From: an uncultured Bacteroidota bacterium
GTDB lineage: Bacteria; Bacteroidota; Bacteroidia; Bacteroidales; UBA12481
Direction of reading: 5' to 3'
Assembly (NCBI GenBank): GCA_903919065.1
Contig: CAIXHD010000211.1
Span: forward strand, 1 to 16,547
DNA: 16,547 nucleotides
Shown: positions 12,476 to 16,547 of the stretch, in pieces
How positions within the stretch are numbered: the first letter of the stretch is position 1
How the letters are laid out: each line of letters opens with the position of its first letter
Position numbers and translations under genes: made by a program
Notes under the pieces: generated by a model
Database searches by the model: none
The model's input: the letters and a program-made list of their open reading frames with translations, nothing else
What the model was told of the DNA's origin: nothing

Positions 12476-14512
12476 ATGAAAAGACTAATCATTCTGCTGG
12501 TAACGCTGATGGTAGCTTTGGCCGGCTTTTCAGCTGCTGATGCTACCTCGCATGACTGGATCGTTAAGAATTTTGCAAAAAGTGTGGTCCCGCCTTTTTC
12601 TTTTGTATACGGCGGCAAGGAGTCGCGGACTTTTATCAGGTCGTGGGAATACCGGATGGAGAAACTGGCATCAGCCAATCCGGCTATTGAGAAATCACTG
12701 TATTCCTGGCGCGACCCGAAAACCGGTCTGCTGGTTAAATGCACAGTAACCGGATATTCCGATTTTCCGGCTGCCGAGTGGACCATCGAGTTTAAAAACA
12801 GTTCGAAAACGAACACTCCGGTGATCGAAAAGGCCAAAGCGGCTGATTACACTTTCAAATTTGATCAGGAGGGATCGGTTACCCTGCACCACTCACGCGG
12901 AAGCAGCGGCGAACGGTCGGATTTCGAGGGGTACGAAGATGTTCTTGCTCCGGGCAAAAATATTTACATGACCCCATCGGGCGGGCGTTCATCGGATAAT
13001 ACCGCATTCCCGTTTTTCAACGTGGTGATGCCGGGCAATCAGGGCGTTTTAACTGCCATCGGGTGGACCGGCAAATGGTATGCCGATGTTAACCAGGTGG
13101 ATTCAAAAAGCTGGTCGCTCAATACCGGAATGGAGCGCATGAAAACGGTTCTATATCCTGATGAGCAGATCAGGACCCCTGAGGTTTGCCTGTTGTTCTG
13201 GAAGGGTGCCGATAGGATGATTGGCCATAACCTGTTCCGGCAATTTGTTTTGAAACATCATAGCCGGATGATTAACGGCAAGGCTGCTGAGTTGCCTCTG
13301 GCGGCGACACTGGGTGCCGGCGGACCGCAGCCATGCAATGAATTCAGCTGTGCCACAGAAAGCTATTGCATCGCCGTAGCTCAGCGTTATAAGCAGTTTG
13401 GCATTATTCCTGAAGTCCTCTGGATCGATGCAGGATGGTACACCGGATGCGGATCGTGGTGGGAAAATGTTGGTAACTGGACCGTCAATAAAATCAATTT
13501 TCCAAATGGGTTAAAGCCGGTTTCGGATGCCGTTCATCAGGTGGGGGCCAAATTTATTTTATGGTTTGAGCCTGAAAGGGTGGTTGCGGGGACTGCCTTC
13601 GATAAGCAGTATTCGCAGTTCTTAATAAAGATTCCTGATACAGTTAAAAATCCTGAAATTGGAAGGTTCTCCAGCAATATGTATCTCTTCGATCTTGGCA
13701 ATCCCGCTGCACGAGAATGGCTGACCAATTATATTTCTGATCTGATAAGGACCAATGGGGTCGACTATTATCGTCAGGATTTCAATTTTGATCCCTATCC
13801 TTACTGGAAGTATAACGATAAGCCCAACCGCGTCGGAATGACTGAAATACGCCATATCGAGGGACTATATGCTTACTGGGATGCCCTCCTGAAAAACTTC
13901 CCCAACATGGTGATTGATAACTGTGCCAGTGGCGGCAGGCGGCTCGATCTCGAAACTATCACGCGAAGTTCGCCCCTCTGGCGTACCGACTACAGTTATG
14001 GCGAACCCAACGGATATCAGTGCCACACCTATGGCCTGAATTTCTATCTGCCCCTGCATGGCACGGGCAACGTAACCCCTTCGGTTTACACTTTCCGGTC
14101 AAGCATGAGCAGTGCCATGGTAGCCACCTGGGACCTGAACAATTCCTCCTGGTCGCAGACTCTTCTGCAAACAATCATGAAGGATTTCAAGAGATTAAGG
14201 CCATTCTACTATGGTGATTATTATCCTCTTACCCCCAATGTAAAAATAACTACCGATAGCATCTGGCTGTCCTATCAACAGAACCGGCCGGATGAGGGTG
14301 ATGGAATTATACTGGCTTTCAGGCGACCAGATTGCGCGGTGGAAAGTATAACGGTAAAACCAAAAGGTCTCGAACCCAACACTTCCTACTCTGTTTTGTT
14401 TGAGGATACCGGAGTTAAGGTGGTTAAAACAGGTGCCGAACTCATGAAGGGGATATTGCTGGAAACCAAGGAAAAACCGGGTTCGCTGCTTGTCAGCTAC
14501 AAAAAACAATGA
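12476..14512 (+). CDS. Secreted GH36-like alpha-galactosidase (clan GH-D)
   Basis: ATG at 12476 gives the signal peptide MKRLIILLVTLMVALAGFSAADA. Blocks KFILWFEPERV, DYYRQDFNFDP and NCASGGRRLDLE are GH36/melibiase-like catalytic-region motifs. Confidence 0.75.
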   Translation: MKRLIILLVTLMVALAGFSAADATSHDWIVKNFAKSVVPPFSFVYGGKESRTFIRSWEYRMEKLASANPAIEKSLYSWRDPKTGLLVKCTVTGYSDFPAAEWTIEFKNSSKTNTPVIEKAKAADYTFKFDQEGSVTLHHSRGSSGERSDFEGYEDVLAPGKNIYMTPSGGRSSDNTAFPFFNVVMPGNQGVLTAIGWTGKWYADVNQVDSKSWSLNTGMERMKTVLYPDEQIRTPEVCLLFWKGADRMIGHNLFRQFVLKHHSRMINGKAAELPLAATLGAGGPQPCNEFSCATESYCIAVAQRYKQFGIIPEVLWIDAGWYTGCGSWWENVGNWTVNKINFPNGLKPVSDAVHQVGAKFILWFEPERVVAGTAFDKQYSQFLIKIPDTVKNPEIGRFSSNMYLFDLGNPAAREWLTNYISDLIRTNGVDYYRQDFNFDPYPYWKYNDKPNRVGMTEIRHIEGLYAYWDALLKNFPNMVIDNCASGGRRLDLETITRSSPLWRTDYSYGEPNGYQCHTYGLNFYLPLHGTGNVTPSVYTFRSSMSSAMVATWDLNNSSWSQTLLQTIMKDFKRLRPFYYGDYYPLTPNVKITTDSIWLSYQQNRPDEGDGIILAFRRPDCAVESITVKPKGLEPNTSYSVLFEDTGVKVVKTGAELMKGILLETKEKPGSLLVSYKKQ

Positions 14513-14522
14513 GCCAAATGAC

Positions 14523-15884
14523 ATGAAAAGGTTTTTTGCAGATATCGAAACCAGCAATTTTTTCGTGTTCTATCTGCTTTGTAAATACAGATTCAGGTAT
14601 TTCGATGAGCGGAAAATAAAAGATTACCAGAACAGAAAAGCAAAGCAGCTGGTCAGATTTGCAAACAGGCATTCACCATTTTTTCACGATCATTACGCGG
14701 GCAGCGACCTGAAAGCAGTGTGGTCGCTGCCTGTGGTAAATAAAAAAATCATGATGGATAATCTCACCGGATATAATACAGTGAGACTCACCAGGGAAGA
14801 GATCATGAATTTTTGCCTGGAGGTGGAAAAAACCAGGGACTTTACGAAAAGGCTCAGAGGCATAAATATCGGCATGTCGTCGGGAACCAGCGGCAACAAG
14901 GGTGTGGAAATCGTTACGCCTGAGGAGGAGAATTACATGAAGGCGGCTCTTTTTGCACGCTTCCCGTTTCCGAAACATGAAAAAATCAACCTTGCGTTCA
15001 TTCTGAGGGTGAGTGCCCCGGCATTCAGCCTGGGTATTTTCGGGCATAAATTAACCTATATCAGTCAGCTGAATTCCATCGATGAAATCAAGGTTCAACT
15101 GGAAAAGTTGCAACCGAATGTAATTTCAGCACCGCCATCGATGCTGAAAATCATTGGCAGGGAGGTTGAAAAGGGCACCCTGACGGTTCATCCAAAGCAG
15201 CTGGTTTCCTACGCCGAGGTCCTGCATCTGGATGTAAAAGAATATCTGGAAAAAGTATTTAACTGCACCGTTCACCAGATTTACAAATGCACTGAGGGCC
15301 CGATAGCCGTGTCGTGCAAGCATGGCAGGCTGCACATTAATGAAGACCTGGTAGCTGTGGAAACCTTAAACAGTGATGGATCAGAAACTCCACCAGGGCA
15401 ACCCTGTCAGAAGCTCATTGTTACCGATCTGCATAAACGGTCGCAGCCCATTATACGCTATGAGCTGAACGATATTATTACCATCAGCCCTGAGAAATGT
15501 CCGTGTGGTTCAGACTTCCGGGTGATTGAAAATATCCAGGGCCGTGCTGATGATATTTTTTGGGCAAAAAGGATTGGGACCGATGAATGGCAATATATTT
15601 TTCCGGATTATATCAGCAGGGCAATAATTACCGCTTCTGAAGAAATTGATGAATTTCAGGTGGTTCAAAGCAGCCCCGACCAGATCCTGATCAGGATTCA
15701 GCTGAAAGAGGGGTTGAGCCGCGACCAGTTTGCCGGAGAAAGTGAAGTTCGGAAAAACATCCTGAATATTTTCGACAGCTATAATTGCAAAAGTCCGGTT
15801 TTATCCATTGTCTATGAAAAACCCGAATTTAACCGGAATTCAAATAAGCTGGTGAGGATACAAAGAACCTTTAAAATTGAGTAA
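14523..15884 (+). CDS. Adenylate-forming enzyme of the coenzyme F390 synthetase / phenylacetate-CoA ligase (PaaK/CapK-like) clade
   Basis: ATG at 14523, 10 nt after the GH36 stop. The track ORF begins at an upstream TTG overlapping GH36. The P-loop-like adenylation motif is GMSSGTSGNKG. The later YKCTEG and GRADDIF blocks are typical of this clade. Confidence 0.75.
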   Translation: MKRFFADIETSNFFVFYLLCKYRFRYFDERKIKDYQNRKAKQLVRFANRHSPFFHDHYAGSDLKAVWSLPVVNKKIMMDNLTGYNTVRLTREEIMNFCLEVEKTRDFTKRLRGINIGMSSGTSGNKGVEIVTPEEENYMKAALFARFPFPKHEKINLAFILRVSAPAFSLGIFGHKLTYISQLNSIDEIKVQLEKLQPNVISAPPSMLKIIGREVEKGTLTVHPKQLVSYAEVLHLDVKEYLEKVFNCTVHQIYKCTEGPIAVSCKHGRLHINEDLVAVETLNSDGSETPPGQPCQKLIVTDLHKRSQPIIRYELNDIITISPEKCPCGSDFRVIENIQGRADDIFWAKRIGTDEWQYIFPDYISRAIITASEEIDEFQVVQSSPDQILIRIQLKEGLSRDQFAGESEVRKNILNIFDSYNCKSPVLSIVYEKPEFNRNSNKLVRIQRTFKIE

Positions 15885-15887
15885 AGC

Positions 15888-16547
15888 ATGAACGGGAACA
15901 GAATAGCTTCACTCGATGCGATCAGGGGCCTGGCGCTGATGTTTATTCTGTTATTTCATTGCTCGATCTATAATTTTGCCAATATCCACAAGCTTGATTT
16001 CAGCAATCCCCCTATCCTCATTGTTCTGATGAGTTTTATGGCTCTCTGGGGCGGTGTTTTCATTATCTATTCCTTAACGGTCAACTCATTGATGCTTCAG
16101 AGGAGGAGGGGGATGGAAACTCCAGCCAAAACTTATCGGTACCTGTTGCTGGCGGGTTTGATTTATCTGGTACTTCATTATGTGCTGAATATGTTTCTCG
16201 GCCGGTGGAATATCGATTTTGTCAATAACCAGCCACATCTGACTTTTGTGGCCGGTACGTTGCGTAATATGGAGCTGACCATGCCACCGGTGACCAAGCT
16301 GTTCGAAGGATCATCATTATCGACCATTGCGCTCAACCTCATTATAGTTTCAGGATTTCTTGTGCTTTTAACCAGAAATAAAGGGCTTCAGAAGACAACA
16401 CGCAACTACCTGATCCTTGGCATTTCAGGTTTCATCATTCTCATTGGATCTTTTATCAGGGTTTCGATTTATCCCGTATTTTCCAGAGCTGTTGAGTCCG
16501 GTGATTTCTTTACCTCAATCTCATTGAGTTTTCTGATTGCCAATCCG
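15888..16547 (+). CDS. Membrane acyltransferase-3 / DUF1624-like protein. Only the N-terminal 220 codons are present; the gene runs off the right edge.
   Basis: Absent from the ORF track because there is no stop in the window. ATG at 15888, 3 nt after the preceding stop. MNGNRIASLDAIRGLALMFILLFHCSIYNF carries the LDxxRG...H signature of acyltransferase-3/DUF1624 families. Multiple hydrophobic segments follow. Confidence 0.6.
   Translation, partial: MNGNRIASLDAIRGLALMFILLFHCSIYNFANIHKLDFSNPPILIVLMSFMALWGGVFIIYSLTVNSLMLQRRRGMETPAKTYRYLLLAGLIYLVLHYVLNMFLGRWNIDFVNNQPHLTFVAGTLRNMELTMPPVTKLFEGSSLSTIALNLIIVSGFLVLLTRNKGLQKTTRNYLILGISGFIILIGSFIRVSIYPVFSRAVESGDFFTSISLSFLIANP

Noticed and set aside
4490-14512. 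Calling the carbohydrate-active gene set a polysaccharide utilisation locus (PUL)
   Set aside because: No SusC-like TonB-dependent transporter, SusD-like protein or hybrid two-component/ECF regulator is present in the window, so the defining PUL markers are not seen here.

Overview
This 16.5 kb window reads like a Bacteroidota chromosomal segment. That assignment is an inference from lipobox-rich secreted proteins, a TTTG-N19-TAnnTTTG promoter match, a Tat-signal Gfo/Idh/MocA enzyme and a GxxExxY cassette. The left 6.4 kb is transcribed leftward. It holds a truncated lipoprotein gene, a polytopic membrane protein overlapped by a stand-alone TiaS-kinase-domain-like protein, a clearly AT-rich two-gene lipoprotein island (DUF4221-like propeller plus a CxxC lipoprotein) and a secreted beta-helix protein. 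From 6494 to the right edge there is one tightly spaced rightward gene array. It contains an SGNH esterase, a group II PLP decarboxylase, a secreted xylose-isomerase-fold TIM barrel, a Tat-exported Gfo/Idh/MocA oxidoreductase, a GxxExxY cassette, a DUF4432/aldose-epimerase-like protein, a GH36-like alpha-galactosidase, a CoF390-synthetase/PaaK-like adenylating enzyme and a truncated membrane acyltransferase-like protein. There are no rRNA or tRNA genes, CRISPR arrays, transposases or recognisable defence genes. Five things stand out. (1) The TiaS-like and membrane protein pair has no function I can name. (2) Two same-orientation (GGGTATC)n arrays can form G-quadruplexes and sit in minus-strand intergenic gaps. 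(3) The intergenic regions at 797-1010 and 4074-4490 are built almost entirely of tandem 7-, 18/24-, 20- and 34-bp repeats. (4) The GxxExxY cassette, with its inverted flanks, exactly fills one operon junction. (5) A periplasmic oxidoreductase/TIM-barrel pair sits beside GH36. All functional calls come from motif recognition by eye and from memory of protein families. No database search was run.
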